Part shown: positions 48,501-59,182 of the stretch, in pieces | Position numbering within the stretch: position 1 is the first letter of the stretch | Layout of the letters: each line of letters opens with the position of its first letter | Assembly: GCA_965247115.1 (NCBI GenBank) | Contig: CBDFGR010000003.1 | Location: forward strand, 928,001 to 992,000 | Direction of reading: 5' to 3' | Length of the DNA stretch: 64,000 nt | Origin: Myxococcota bacterium | GTDB lineage: Bacteria > Myxococcota_A > UBA9160 > SZUA-336 | Translations under genes and position numbers: made by a program | The notes under the pieces: generated by a model | Databases searched by the model: none | The model's input: only the letters and a program-made list of their open reading frames with translations | What the model was told of the DNA's origin: nothing

Positions 48501-51147
48501 GTTCTTGCCCTAACAAAGGACCCTCGTCCGCCGCCCGAGCCTGACCGCGCCTTCGATGGCGGGGCTCGAGCTTTGCTGCCGTGTCGTGATCTCCAACCAC
48601 TCGATAGGCCTCCGCCAGACTCCGCCTCCACTCTTTGCGAAACGGCGCTTTGTTTACGGCTCTTTCAATCTTTTCAATCCCATCCAGCGCGTGACCTTTG
48701 CGCAGGTACACCAACCCCACGAGATAGTTGCATGCGGCATGATCCGGATTGTGGTGAAGCATCTTCTTCAGACTGAGTTCCGCTCCATCAAGATCATCTT
48801 GCCGATAGAGTTCGACACCCTTGCTCAATAGGCCGGGCTCACGGAGAGTCAGCATCTCGCATTCATCCGGACAGATTTTTGCGTTGGTGCCCTCAATCAA
48901 GGGCCGTAGCTGTTCCTTGTAGTGCACCCATCTGGCCTTGGAGCTTCGATAGATCGGTTGACGCACTTGCCAGACACTGGCGGTCTTCACGGTTCGGTCC
49001 AGCTCGTTGAACTTGAGCACCTGGGGCTCCCAACCCACGCCGATGTAGTCAAGCATTCGGCGCGCGCTGCCTTCGAGGTCGTCCACGACATCCTCGTAGT
49101 TCACCTCGAGAATTTCTCCCGGAAACACTTGGTGCCAGTGGTGCATGAGGAGGTTGTGATCTGCGAGTTGCTCACCAATGGCGGTGAGATCGTACGCAAA
49201 CCCCATCCCCGAGTGCTTCGCCTGATAGTCCATGAAGTAGTTCGAGATCGCGACATCCCTCGGATCGCGGCGTACCGAAATGATCTTGGCATTGGGAAAG
49301 AGAAACTTGATCAGACCGATGTTCTCGAAGTTGTGCGGCAGCTTGTCGATAACGTGCTTCGCATCGGGCGCGTACTCCCGTAGCTCCTTCAGGACGTTCT
49401 CCGCGATGCCGGCAGAGACATAGGGCGTCACGTCATCGACGCAGTCGGGATAGCCTCGCCCAGAGCCCACATGGCGCTCCCAGCGATTCAAACCCTGCAC
49501 AACCTGGGGAATCAACCCAAGCTCCCCGGCTCCGAAGATATGACTATGCCCCGAGATGATTTGCTCGACCAGGGTTGTGCCCGAACGGGGCATCCCCAGC
49601 ACGTACACGGGCAAGATGGAACTTACGCCGCAATCTCGACGATGTTCATATAGGGCGCTGCAGAAGCCCATCCGAATGCGAGCACAGCGATTCCGGTGCG
49701 CTTCGCGATCGTACGTCAACCGCTTCCTGCTGGCCTCGTTCGCCTGAGTGGCGAACTCAAATGCCTTGTCGTAGACCCTGCGCTTCTCCCACGCGGCCGC
49801 TAGCTGAAAGAGGATCCCTGTTCGCACAGGGCCTTCCAGACTCGGCACCTGGGCCGCCTGCTCCATCCGCTCCAGCGTCTCAATGTCTTCTGGAAAGCGA
49901 CGCGCATTGATCAGTGCACTATGCCCTCGAACCGGGTCGATCCGTTTGATTCGGTCGAATATCTCGAGGGCTGCGTCGATGTTGCCCCGCTGCATATGGA
50001 GCTGCCCCAAGCCCTGCAGGGCGGGAAGAAACTGGCCACGCTCAGACAGAATGTCGCGAAATCGCTGTTCCGCCTCGGCAAACTTCTGCTCGTGACACTC
50101 AACGCGCGCCAGCGCATTGCGGGCTTGGGCTCGCTTCAGTCCGATCGCCGAGATGGGCTGATCTTCATCTGCTTCCAACGCCTCGGCAAGCTCAACTGCT
50201 CTCTCTGCCGCGCGCCGGGCTTTCTTGTCAAACCGGTGCAAGCAGGCCGTAGAGAGCCGAACCCAAAGACCGATGTTGCCTTCATCCTGCCTCAGGGCCC
50301 TTCGAAGAAGACTGGCGGCCTGCATGAAACGTCCCTGCACCTGCGCAAGTTCGGCTAGTTGCATATGCAAGGAGACGTTCTGGGGAAACTGTCTCAGATA
50401 CTCTCTCAAGATGTCTTCGGCTTGGTGCTGCAAGTTTCGTTCTGCAAGGAGTCGGCTGTAGCGCTCCAAGCACATGACAAAATCCCGTTCCTCGAGGTGG
50501 CCCTCTTTGTGCTCTAGCGCTAGATCTTCCAGTCGCTGCTCAGCGCTAGCGAAGTCGTCTACAGCGACCCAGAGCTGAAACTGCATACCATTGAGCTGAT
50601 GCCAGTACTGCTGGTAAAGCTCCGTGGGCAACTCGTCGAGACTCTGCGACAGCGCCTCCCGTCCCTTCTCTAGCGCCACTTGCGCGAGAGGAAGCTGGGT
50701 CTGCAGCAGATGAACCTGAGCCAGGACGACGAGAACGGGGAGCCTCTCGGGCTCGATATCGGCAGCCTGTTGAAGCAGTACTTGCGCGGAAGCAAGGTCC
50801 ATTTGCAGCATTCGACAATAGCCCAGGCGCGCCAGGCCCAGGGCATAGTTCGGCTCCTCGACCAGCGCTTGCTCGAGCAGCGGAATCGCCTCGTTGACTC
50901 GCTGCAAGACGACCAACGCGGCAGCCGCATCCACCCGCGCGTACCCGTCAAGTTCGCGTGAACTGCCAAACGCCCGCACGAGGATCTCGTTGGCGCGCTG
51001 TCTTTCACCCAGATGCGCATGGGCTTGGGCGAGGAGCGGAAGTATGGCGAGGTCTTGACTCTGAGCCCAGCAGCTCGTGCCGGCCTCGATTAGGTCGAGA
51101 TACTGCTGCCGTTCAGCAAGTTTTCTCAACACGCTCAGGGTACTCAT
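48484..51147 (-). CDS. TPR-containing sulfotransferase (Sulfotransfer_3 / TPST-like)
   Basis: Many TPR-like helices; PAPS motifs GMPRSGTT and RRDPRDVAIS; DKLPHNF; TASVWQVRQPIY. Confidence 0.9.
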   Translation of the reverse strand: MSTLSVLRKLAERQQYLDLIEAGTSCWAQSQDLAILPLLAQAHAHLGERQRANEILVRAFGSSRELDGYARVDAAAALVVLQRVNEAIPLLEQALVEEPNYALGLARLGYCRMLQMDLASAQVLLQQAADIEPERLPVLVVLAQVHLLQTQLPLAQVALEKGREALSQSLDELPTELYQQYWHQLNGMQFQLWVAVDDFASAEQRLEDLALEHKEGHLEERDFVMCLERYSRLLAERNLQHQAEDILREYLRQFPQNVSLHMQLAELAQVQGRFMQAASLLRRALRQDEGNIGLWVRLSTACLHRFDKKARRAAERAVELAEALEADEDQPISAIGLKRAQARNALARVECHEQKFAEAEQRFRDILSERGQFLPALQGLGQLHMQRGNIDAALEIFDRIKRIDPVRGHSALINARRFPEDIETLERMEQAAQVPSLEGPVRTGILFQLAAAWEKRRVYDKAFEFATQANEASRKRLTYDREAHRNRCARIRMGFCSALYEHRRDCGVSSILPVYVLGMPRSGTTLVEQIISGHSHIFGAGELGLIPQVVQGLNRWERHVGSGRGYPDCVDDVTPYVSAGIAENVLKELREYAPDAKHVIDKLPHNFENIGLIKFLFPNAKIISVRRDPRDVAISNYFMDYQAKHSGMGFAYDLTAIGEQLADHNLLMHHWHQVFPGEILEVNYEDVVDDLEGSARRMLDYIGVGWEPQVLKFNELDRTVKTASVWQVRQPIYRSSKARWVHYKEQLRPLIEGTNAKICPDECEMLTLREPGLLSKGVELYRQDDLDGAELSLKKMLHHNPDHAACNYLVGLVYLRKGHALDGIEKIERAVNKAPFRKEWRRSLAEAYRVVGDHDTAAKLEPRHRRRGQARAADEGPLLGQEHASPT

Positions 51148-51201
51148 GCTGCTCTTTCTCGCGGGGGCTTAGGCGACCTCTGAGAGATCGAACGGCAAGC
51201 T

Positions 51202-54200
51202 CTATACGATACCCTGACTAGTGAGAATCCCGGCGGGCATCGCGGTCAAGTAGACCGAAGCGAGGGTCGCACCAGCGTTCGGGTTCGAGCCCCAGGAGGA
51301 AGAAGACGAGGAGGAGGAAGACGAGGAGGAGGACCCCGCGCGCCAAAGACTAACCCCGCTCGAGCTAGGGCTAGTCGTGGTGGAAGTGGTAGTCGTAGTG
51401 CCACTGGGAGTGGTATTGGTATTGGTACTTGTCGAGGTAGAAACGGCGAAGCGAGTGAAAGAGCCCGTGCTCCACACGACCGCCGCCGTCGAAGATGAGC
51501 TCAGCCAATAGATAGAAGACGAGGAGGACGCCGATGCGCTCGTGACGGAAAGTCCTCCCGGGCCAATCACAGGTGATCCAGTGCCTACGAGCACAATCTC
51601 GTCGTCGGCACCGAGGTTTCCCGCGGACGTCCAGGTATTTGGTTGGGATAGCATTGCCGAGTCGCTGGGCACGCGAATGTAGATTGTGTAGGAGACGCCT
51701 GCGTCGAAGATGCGATTCGAATGGCTGCTCGACACGCCGGTCACCAGGTCGAAGATCACAATCGAGGTATCTACCTCCGTGGTGAAGTTCAAAGTCGTAG
51801 TATCGGCTATGCCCGGATAGCTGTTGCCCGCTATATCGGTGATCGCCCCGCCATCCACCTGAACCGCGTAGTTACTGCCGTAGTTCGCGAGATCGCTGCT
51901 CGGATTGACGGTTACCGTGTTGGTGGAGACCGACAGTTGCCCCCCGGGGCTGCTCACATCGATGGTCTGGGTATCGGATCCATCCGATACCACGATATCG
52001 CCCGAGCTACCCAGCACCACACTTTCACTAAACGAGAGGACTACATCGGAATCGACCGCTACCACGGTTGCGTCGTCGGTAGGCGTAGATGAGGACAGGG
52101 TCGGGGCGGTCATGTCTGTGACAATCCCCGCTACGTTGCTGGCGGCGCTGCTCGCGTTGCCCGCCACATCGGTCTGTCGCACCTGGACATCACCGATCGC
52201 GTAGGTAGTATCGTCCGCCAGCTCGAAGCTCGTGCCACTACCGGTGGTCCAGGTACTGCCACCATCGAGGCTGTATTCCCAGGTCGCCCCGAACTCGAGG
52301 CCGTTCACGTTGACCGTGGCATCGCTCGTGATCCCATCACTGCTGGAGCTGCCCGTGTCTGTCGCCAGGGAGAAGCTGGGCGCCGACGGGCCGGCCATGT
52401 CCGTGGTCCACGTCGCTGCGTTGCTAGCCGGGTTGCTGGCGTTGCCCGCCCCATCGGTCTGACGCACGCGGACATCACCCGTCGCGTAAGCGGTATCGTT
52501 CGCCAGCTCGAAGCTCGTGCCACCACCGGTGGTCCACGTGCTGCCACCATCGAGGCTGTATTCCCAAGTCGCTCCAGGCTCGAGGCCATTCACGTTGACC
52601 GTGGCATCGCTCGTGATGCCATCGCTGCCGGAGCTCCCGGTGTCCGCGGCCAAGGAAAGGCTCGGTGTCATCGCGGTCATGTCTGTGGTGATCACCGCCG
52701 CATTACCAGCCGCGCTGCTCGTGTTGCCCGCCACGTCCGTCTGGCGCACCCCAACGTCACCGATCGCGTAGGCGGTATTGTCCGCCAGCTCGAAGCTCGT
52801 GCCGCTACCGGCGTTCCAGCTGCTGCCACCATCGAGACTGTATTCCCAGGTCGCGCCTGTCTCGAGGCCGCTCACGTTTATCGTGGCATCGCTCGTGATG
52901 CCATCACTGCTGGAGCTCCCCGTATCCGTGGCCAAGGATAAGGTCGGGGACGCAGGGACCACGCCATCCACGGTAATCACGACCGCGGAGCTGGTCTCTC
53001 CTTCACCGACTTTGGATCTCACCGCCACTTCTCCATCACCCGCGGCTGCGATCACGCTGCCCGGAACAGTGATTCCCGCGATGCCCCCACTACCAATGTC
53101 CCCCACGTCCAGCGTTACGGTGTGCGCTTGATCCCCCCAGAAGATCGTCACGCTGTCACCCGCTTGAGCGTTCGACACGTTGACGAGCACCCCGGCCGCG
53201 GCTTCCGCGGCATCGATGCCGTCCGCAGCGGCGGGTATTCCAACCCATTGCAACGGGACATCGCCCAAATTCGCTTCGCCGGAGTTCGCACCCGCCTCGA
53301 AGGCAGCTACTCCGTCGGCCAGGAGCTGAACCGCATCCTGGGCCAGGGCCAATTCCCCACCCCCTTCGTCACTGAGGGCGGCTTCCAGTTGGTCCAGCGT
53401 TGCATCGATGCTGCCCGTGATGCTGTCGGCGCCCGAGAGGGTGGCGAGCACGCCGCCGTACTGCTCTCCGGGGCTCACACCATCCGTGCTGTCGTAGTTG
53501 TCGGCAACGACAGTAACCACTGGGGCAAGGATGTCGTCGACACCGAACAGATCCCCTATCTGGTCGTTCACCGCGACATCGGCTTCCGTTACCACGTTGC
53601 CTGTAATCCCCGCTTGGCGCGCGGCCAGCTCCGTCAGTGGGGTAATGCTAATCGCGAGATCCGTGGTCCCATCGGCGATCGCCATCGCGCGCAGGGCTCC
53701 CCGAGACTCACCAGGGTATTTGTCGCTTCATCCAAGTAGTCGCCGGTGGGACCATTGACGTCGATCACTCGGGCCAGAAGCGGTCCCTGATAGCCGCTAC
53801 TAACGGTCAACACATAGGGGCCTGTCGAGAAGTCATGCTCAGCGCTGGCTAGCAGGTTCCCATCGCTGTCAAACACTTCGACCCTTGCCGTGCCCAGGAA
53901 GGAGCCCGATACAGCCGCGAGGGCCACGCTGTAGCCAAACGCTCCACTCCCGCCACCCACGCCCTGGGCGACGCCAACAGCCGCTCCACCCCCACCGATC
54001 GCCAGCGCGTCCTGCCAATCCCAGCTCCCGCTCCCGACATCGGAAGCTTCAGCCCCAACGGGCTCGCTGTCGGCGCTGGCTCCCGCCGCACCGGGGTCAG
54101 CGCTGCGAATCGCCATCCCTTCGGCGGGAGCCAACGAGCCATCCATGCTAAACGTGACATCTTCTTCGCCGTAGAAGTCGTCGATGTGGACGACGGCCTC

Positions 54201-54389
54201 CTGATCCACCGCAACTTCGAGGTCATCGTCCTTGCGCTCGAGACCCAGGCCTTCCGGGGGCTCCTGAGTGCCTTCATCGATCAGCGTATAGGTCGCCCCA
54301 CCCTCCGCTCGGATCGTGTGCAGCTCGGACAGCGGGACATCACTCACATTGCCATCGCGAAACGTGACGCGAAAAATCAGCTCCGACAT
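51202..54389 (-). pseudogene. T1SS-secreted Ig-repeat adhesin (BapA/LapA-like), single frameshift at ~53700
   Basis: ORFs 53634-54398 and 51202-53685 join (LGGALRAMAIADG) if one G is added to the 4-nt run at 53699-53702, giving ~1062 aa; acidic, Gly/Ser/Thr-rich. Confidence 0.8.
52105..52955 (-). repeat. Three tandem ~94-aa Ig-like repeats (282-285 bp period)
   Basis: LATDTGSSSSDGITSDAT.NV.GLE.GATWEYSLDGG..W..G.GTSFELA...VRQTD.AGN x3. Confidence 0.9.
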
Positions 54390-54800
54390 GTCTCGCACTC
54401 CTACCTGAATCTCGAGCGGTCGCCGTCGATCGGGAGGGAGATCGGATTCATCACTGCCCTACGCTTCGCGCTCTGCCCCAATTGCCTCGCGTTGGACCCA
54501 GTGAACGACCAGGGACCGAGTCCTTCGTACACCCCGCTATCGTCCACGCCCTCGGCTGCGCCATCCCCCAGACGGATACACAAAGGTGAGTAGCGTCCAG
54601 CGATCAAGTCCAACGAGTTCGCGCATGGCATCACGATCGGATCGACTCAATCGAAACTGAATGAAACTCCGATCGGGGTGTTTCTCCCTCATAAAATCGA
54701 GGGGAAATAACACCTAATTTTGGGGCGTTTCGACGGAGTGGCGGGCTAGAGTGGGCGAATGAGTTGTACTCGCCGGAGGGCGCAGAAGTGCTTGCTGTAG

Positions 54801-55598
54801 GCAGCGGCTGGCATGAGGTTTCCCCTGCGCAGCCTGGTCATGTTGCCTCTGTATGACCGACGGCATGTGGTTGGCGAACCAATGCGCAACCAGCTCTTCC
54901 CTGGACGTCGTGGGCCTGCGCTTGATGAGATACATCATCTTGGCCCCGGCGATGACTTTTGGAGGTTCAGGAGAGGACGTTTCGGGCTCTACCATCGACA
55001 TAGACCTCAGAAGCTGTGGATCGAGAGGACAAGCATCGCGACACTCTTCGACGCGAACCAGAAGGGCGAACATCTCTGGGACGGCATCGCACCGTTGTGG
55101 TGGGACAAACCGCTGCCCAAGCCCAGGGCGCCAATCGGCGCGAAGCCGTCGGACAGCTTCCAGGAGAAAGCCGAGCCGTACGTTCCCTGGGCGTCGAGTG
55201 AATACATCGTGATGAACGGCTCAGAGAATCTCAGGGTGGAACCTCTGACCCTGAATGCTCCCTTCCCCTGCACGCGGTCAGGCTTCTACAAAGTGACCTA
55301 CCTGGTGAAGGCCGTGGACGGCGCCGACTTCGCTCAGTTCTACACGCATTGGTTGAACACACACGTGCCCAACGTAAGGTCGACGATGGAGGAGGTAGGA
55401 GGGTTCAGGTACGTAGTGAGCCACAGCATCGATCCAAAGGCCGAGCCCTATGCAGGGCTCGCAGAGCTGTACTTCCATGACGAGACCGGCTGGGCTCGGT
55501 ACCGCCAAGCCATCAAGCCAGACGGTATGGAGAAATGGGTAGATCGAGAGGGCACCCTTGCACTGGGCGGGAGAACGGAAATGATTGGGCTCCCCTGA
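54801..55598 (+). pseudogene. EthD-domain protein with 5' part inverted
   Basis: N-terminus (MSMVEP...KMMYLIKRRPTTSREELVAHWFANHMP...HASRC) is on minus 55001-54801; remainder (IATLFD...FYTHWLNTHVPNV...YAGLAELYF) is on plus 55035-55598. Confidence 0.8.
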
Positions 55599-55631
55599 AC
55601 CCCAGCATCGACGCGATTCGGATCTCCGAGA

Positions 55632-56039
55632 TCATCCCCGCTGCATAAACCGCTGCTGTACGTCCTCCGGGAGAGGGACACGATGCCCGGTTTCCACGTC
55701 GAGCCAGACCCAGCTGTGCGTGATCGTCGCTATGGTCCGACCATCAGAGGCCGACCTCACCGCAAACGCCTGCTCGAATCCACTGGCGGCTGCTTTCGTA
55801 GTGCGGACCCCGATCGTGGCGCCCTCCTCCCACCGGAGCGGCGATCGGTACCGGGCCTCGGTGGAGACCTGAACCGCGACAACATGACCGGGCTTGGAGA
55901 CAGCGCAATGCTCCTCGAAAGCCGCGTAGGCCAGCTCGGTTAGGGCAAGCAGAGTGCCGGCGTGGACGTAGCCTGTCGCCGAAAACGTATCCGTGTGGCG
56001 GGTCGGGAATGAGATTTCGAAAAGCTTCGCTGCGCCCAC
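55632..56039 (-). CDS. Acyl-CoA thioesterase (4HBT-like hotdog fold)
   Basis: Size and pattern: YVHAGTLLALTELA, RYRSPLR, WVWLD.ETG..VPLPE. Confidence 0.75.
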   Translation of the reverse strand: MGAAKLFEISFPTRHTDTFSATGYVHAGTLLALTELAYAAFEEHCAVSKPGHVVAVQVSTEARYRSPLRWEEGATIGVRTTKAAASGFEQAFAVRSASDGRTIATITHSWVWLDVETGHRVPLPEDVQQRFMQRG

Positions 56040-56100
56040 TCCTTGCTCCTCCCGGCAGTGCGGAGTGTACCATCATGGATATTGACAGGGAGCCGATGAA

Positions 56101-56943
56101 ATGAACTCACCTCGCCAGCAGGTCGCGGTAGTGATTGGGGCGACATCCAAATGGCAAGCAGATGGTCGCAACACCAAGCTTGCCCACGGTAAGGAGCTTG
56201 ACGACAGCGACATGGCAGTGGGCGCGCGCTGGGGTATCGGCGGCGCCGTGGCGCAGAAATTTGCAAAGGAGGGCTTCCTCGTTGTGCTTACGACCCGGAG
56301 CGCCTCCAACGCGGCTCCTTTGGAGAGTGCAATTCAAGAGCAAGGCGGAGATTGCATGATCGTTGAGCTGGACCTGGTGTCGGAGGAATCGATATCAGGG
56401 GCGTTCGCCACCATCCGAAGCGAAGTTGGTGACGCGGATGTGTTGGTTTACAACGCTGGCTACCTGGAGGGACGTGAACTTCCGCCCGAGAAGGAGCTGC
56501 TTGAACACATCCCCGTCGAGATGTTCGAGACGGCGCAGCATATCGCAAGTCGTGGACCGTTCCTGGTCGCGAAAGAGGTGTTGCCGGCAATGCGTGCGAG
56601 GGGCGAGGGCTCGTTCCTGATCTCCAACAATTCGGCTTCGCTGCGTGGGCGCAAGAGAATGACCGGACAGTCGCTGTACTATCCCAGGGTCATGATGCGC
56701 ACGCTAGCGCAGGTGCTCACAGAGGAGTATTCCGAGCATGGTGTGCACGTGGCCAACGTCGTGATAGACGGCCTCATCGACTCTCCAGGCACGAGAGCGC
56801 TGCCGTTGGCACAGCAGAGGCCTGAAGTGGTGATGAATCCCGTCAAGATCGCGGAAGCGTTCTTCTATCTACACACACAGGACAAGTCCTGTTGGACGCA
56901 CGAGCTGCAACTGACCCCATTCCCGACCAAGCCGACCTACTGA
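56101..56943 (+). CDS. SDR family oxidoreductase
   Basis: GIGGAVAQKF, VYNAG, GVHVANVVIDG, WTHEL. Confidence 0.88.
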   Translation: MNSPRQQVAVVIGATSKWQADGRNTKLAHGKELDDSDMAVGARWGIGGAVAQKFAKEGFLVVLTTRSASNAAPLESAIQEQGGDCMIVELDLVSEESISGAFATIRSEVGDADVLVYNAGYLEGRELPPEKELLEHIPVEMFETAQHIASRGPFLVAKEVLPAMRARGEGSFLISNNSASLRGRKRMTGQSLYYPRVMMRTLAQVLTEEYSEHGVHVANVVIDGLIDSPGTRALPLAQQRPEVVMNPVKIAEAFFYLHTQDKSCWTHELQLTPFPTKPTY

Positions 56944-57112
56944 GGCGTCCGCGGCAAGCTGTAGGGCAAGGGTAGTGCGTCGGGACTGCTAGAAGGCGAA
57001 GAAGGGCCATCGATAGGGTTGGCCCATGGTCAGCGCGCCGACATCCTCGTATCGGTCGGAGGAGACGTTGCCGCGGCGAGGGCGTTGGCCAGGGAGTAGC
57101 CCGGGAGCAAAC

Positions 57113-57346
57113 ATGTTGACTGAAGTCTTTGGTACCGTTGCCGTCGCTGCGATGGCGCTCTTCTACTCGCTGGAGCACCGCTCCCATGGCTACGTCCTCG
57201 GCTTCTCCGCGTCCTGTGGGGCAGCTGCCGCGTATGCGGTGCTGATCGCGGCCTGGCCGTTTGCAGTGATCGAGTCGATCTGGTCGGTCATAGCGCTGCG
57301 CCGCTGGCTGAAACGCAGGGCAGCCCCAACGCGGGTTGTTGATTGA
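57113..57346 (+). CDS. Small membrane protein (CBU_0592-like)
   Basis: Three hydrophobic segments ending AWPFAVIESIWSVIALRRW. Confidence 0.6.
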   Translation: MLTEVFGTVAVAAMALFYSLEHRSHGYVLGFSASCGAAAAYAVLIAAWPFAVIESIWSVIALRRWLKRRAAPTRVVD

Positions 57347-57385
57347 GCTAGGAGAGCGACCAGGCACCCCTTCGAAAGGCTACTC

Positions 57386-58240
57386 ATGTCCTCCCAGTCG
57401 ACGCTCAACACCGGCTCTGTCGGATCCCTCTGGCGGTACGCTGTCAAATCCATGAGGGGCGAGGAGTTGGATGAAGCCCTCGTGAATGACGGCGGCATCT
57501 TCGGAGATCGGGCTTACGCCGTGATCGATCCGTCCAACGGGAGGGTCGCCAGCGCGAAGCTTCCGCGTAAGTGGAGCAAGCTCGTCGATCTGAGTGCCAG
57601 CCTGGAGAAGCCACGAAGATCCGGTGACCAGGTACCCCCGGTGCGCATCACCTGGCCGGACGGCGCCAGCATTACTAGCAACGACGAAGATGCCGGTACT
57701 CTGCTCTCCGAGCATCTGGGCCGCCCGGTCGTTCTAGCTTCATCACCTCCAGAGTCCGCCAGCGTCGAGCGTCTGGATCCGTTTGAGACAGATGAAACGA
57801 TCTCGGATATCGGCCCGCTCATGATGAGGGGTAGATTTTCTGATTACGCCGCCGTTCACCTGCTAACCACGGCTACGCTCGAGCGACTTGGCGAACTCTA
57901 TCCGCAGGGAAGATTTGACGTACGGCGCTTTCGCCCCAACGTGGTCGTTGAGACGACTCTGACGGAGAAGGGCTTCGTCGAGAATGCCTGGGTGGGACGG
58001 ACAGTCGCTGTCGGTGACGAAGTTCGCCTGCGGATCACCGATCCGACCCCGCGTTGTGCGATCCCGACGCTGGCACAGGGAGACCTTCCTAGAGATCCGG
58101 GAATCCTGCGGGCAATCGCCGAGCACAATCGGGTTGGTATTCCCGTGCTTGAGGGGGAAGTCTTGCCCAGTGCGGGCGTCTACGCTTTTGTCGTCCAGGG
58201 CGGAACAATACGCAGAGGTGATCCAGTTCGCGTTGAGTAA
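57386..58240 (+). CDS. MOSC domain protein
   Basis: LWRYAVKSMRGE, GDR, RRFRPN, RC. Confidence 0.9.
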   Translation: MSSQSTLNTGSVGSLWRYAVKSMRGEELDEALVNDGGIFGDRAYAVIDPSNGRVASAKLPRKWSKLVDLSASLEKPRRSGDQVPPVRITWPDGASITSNDEDAGTLLSEHLGRPVVLASSPPESASVERLDPFETDETISDIGPLMMRGRFSDYAAVHLLTTATLERLGELYPQGRFDVRRFRPNVVVETTLTEKGFVENAWVGRTVAVGDEVRLRITDPTPRCAIPTLAQGDLPRDPGILRAIAEHNRVGIPVLEGEVLPSAGVYAFVVQGGTIRRGDPVRVE

Positions 58241-58293
58241 ACAGTCGTTCAGCTCTCGCGCTTCGCCTCACTTCCTGAACGAGGATCGATGCT

Positions 58294-58692
58294 ATGAACC
58301 GAATCGAACGCGTCGTCATTCACCACTCCGCTTCGGGTCGTTCGACTACGTTCGCGCAGATCCGTCGCTGGCACGTCGAGCGCGGCTTCTCGGACATCGG
58401 CTACCACTTTGTGGTCCTGGCTAGCGGACGAATACGCCAGGGCAGGCCGCTACCGGTCACTGGGGCTCACGCGCGAGGCAAGAACTCGACATCGATCGGG
58501 ATATGCGCTGTGGGAGACAATACTCGGGCCGATCGGCGCTGGACGCCGGCACAGGAAGAGGCGCTAGCCGAACTCGTCGCAGCCTGTCAGCTCCTTTGGC
58601 CGGGCATAGAGGTCTGCGGGCACCGCGACGTGATGGCGCCGGGTCACACCGAGTGTCCGGGGTTGGATGCCCAGGAGCTGCTCTCCGCCTAG
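58294..58692 (+). CDS. N-acetylmuramoyl-L-alanine amidase (Amidase_2, T7-lysozyme-like)
   Basis: VIHHSA, DIGYHF, GAHA, SIGIC, GHRD...CPG zinc ligands. Confidence 0.9.
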   Translation: MNRIERVVIHHSASGRSTTFAQIRRWHVERGFSDIGYHFVVLASGRIRQGRPLPVTGAHARGKNSTSIGICAVGDNTRADRRWTPAQEEALAELVAACQLLWPGIEVCGHRDVMAPGHTECPGLDAQELLSA

Positions 58693-58776
58693 AGACGCGT
58701 AATCACAAGTCCTCGCGGTCCGCATCCCTCCGCTATGCTTACAGAACACAGATGCCCTGGTCTTAGGAGTCCTACA

Positions 58777-59178
58777 GTGAAGATCGTCAAGCTCATCGCA
58801 ATCCTGTTCGTCGTTTACGCAGGAGTCGTCGTTGTCTTTGAGTCCTTGCTCGGTTACTTCCAGCCAGCCGATTCGAGCTCGATTGTCATCACCACCACAG
58901 ATCAGGATGGCAATACAAACGATAGAGTCCTGACTCGTCTTGAAAGTAATGGCCAGCTCTACGTCGCAGCAAACCACTGGCCACGGGACTGGTACAACCG
59001 AGCGTTAGAGAATTCGGAAGTGCAAGTCACAATGGACGGTGAGGAGGGCGCGTATCTTGCCGTACCTGTCACCGATGAAGAACACGATCACGTCAATTCC
59101 GAAAGACCCTTGGGCATCGTGATTCGACTCTTGACGGGGTTTCCGCCGAGATACTTCGTTCGGCTCGACCCTCGTTAA
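58777..59178 (+). CDS. Membrane-anchored nitroreductase/DUF385-like protein
   Basis: N-terminal TM; WYNRALENSEVQV; FVRLDPR. Confidence 0.65.
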   Translation: MKIVKLIAILFVVYAGVVVVFESLLGYFQPADSSSIVITTTDQDGNTNDRVLTRLESNGQLYVAANHWPRDWYNRALENSEVQVTMDGEEGAYLAVPVTDEEHDHVNSERPLGIVIRLLTGFPPRYFVRLDPR

Positions 59179-59182
59179 ACAC

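Noticed and set aside
52105..52955. CRISPR array or DGR template/variable repeats
   Set aside because: Repeats are in-frame coding Ig-like units of ~283 bp; no spacers, cas genes or reverse transcriptase in the window
54630..54710. Imperfect inverted repeats upstream of the adhesin as riboswitch or IS end
   Set aside because: No recognisable riboswitch consensus or partner end; may be operators but unsupported
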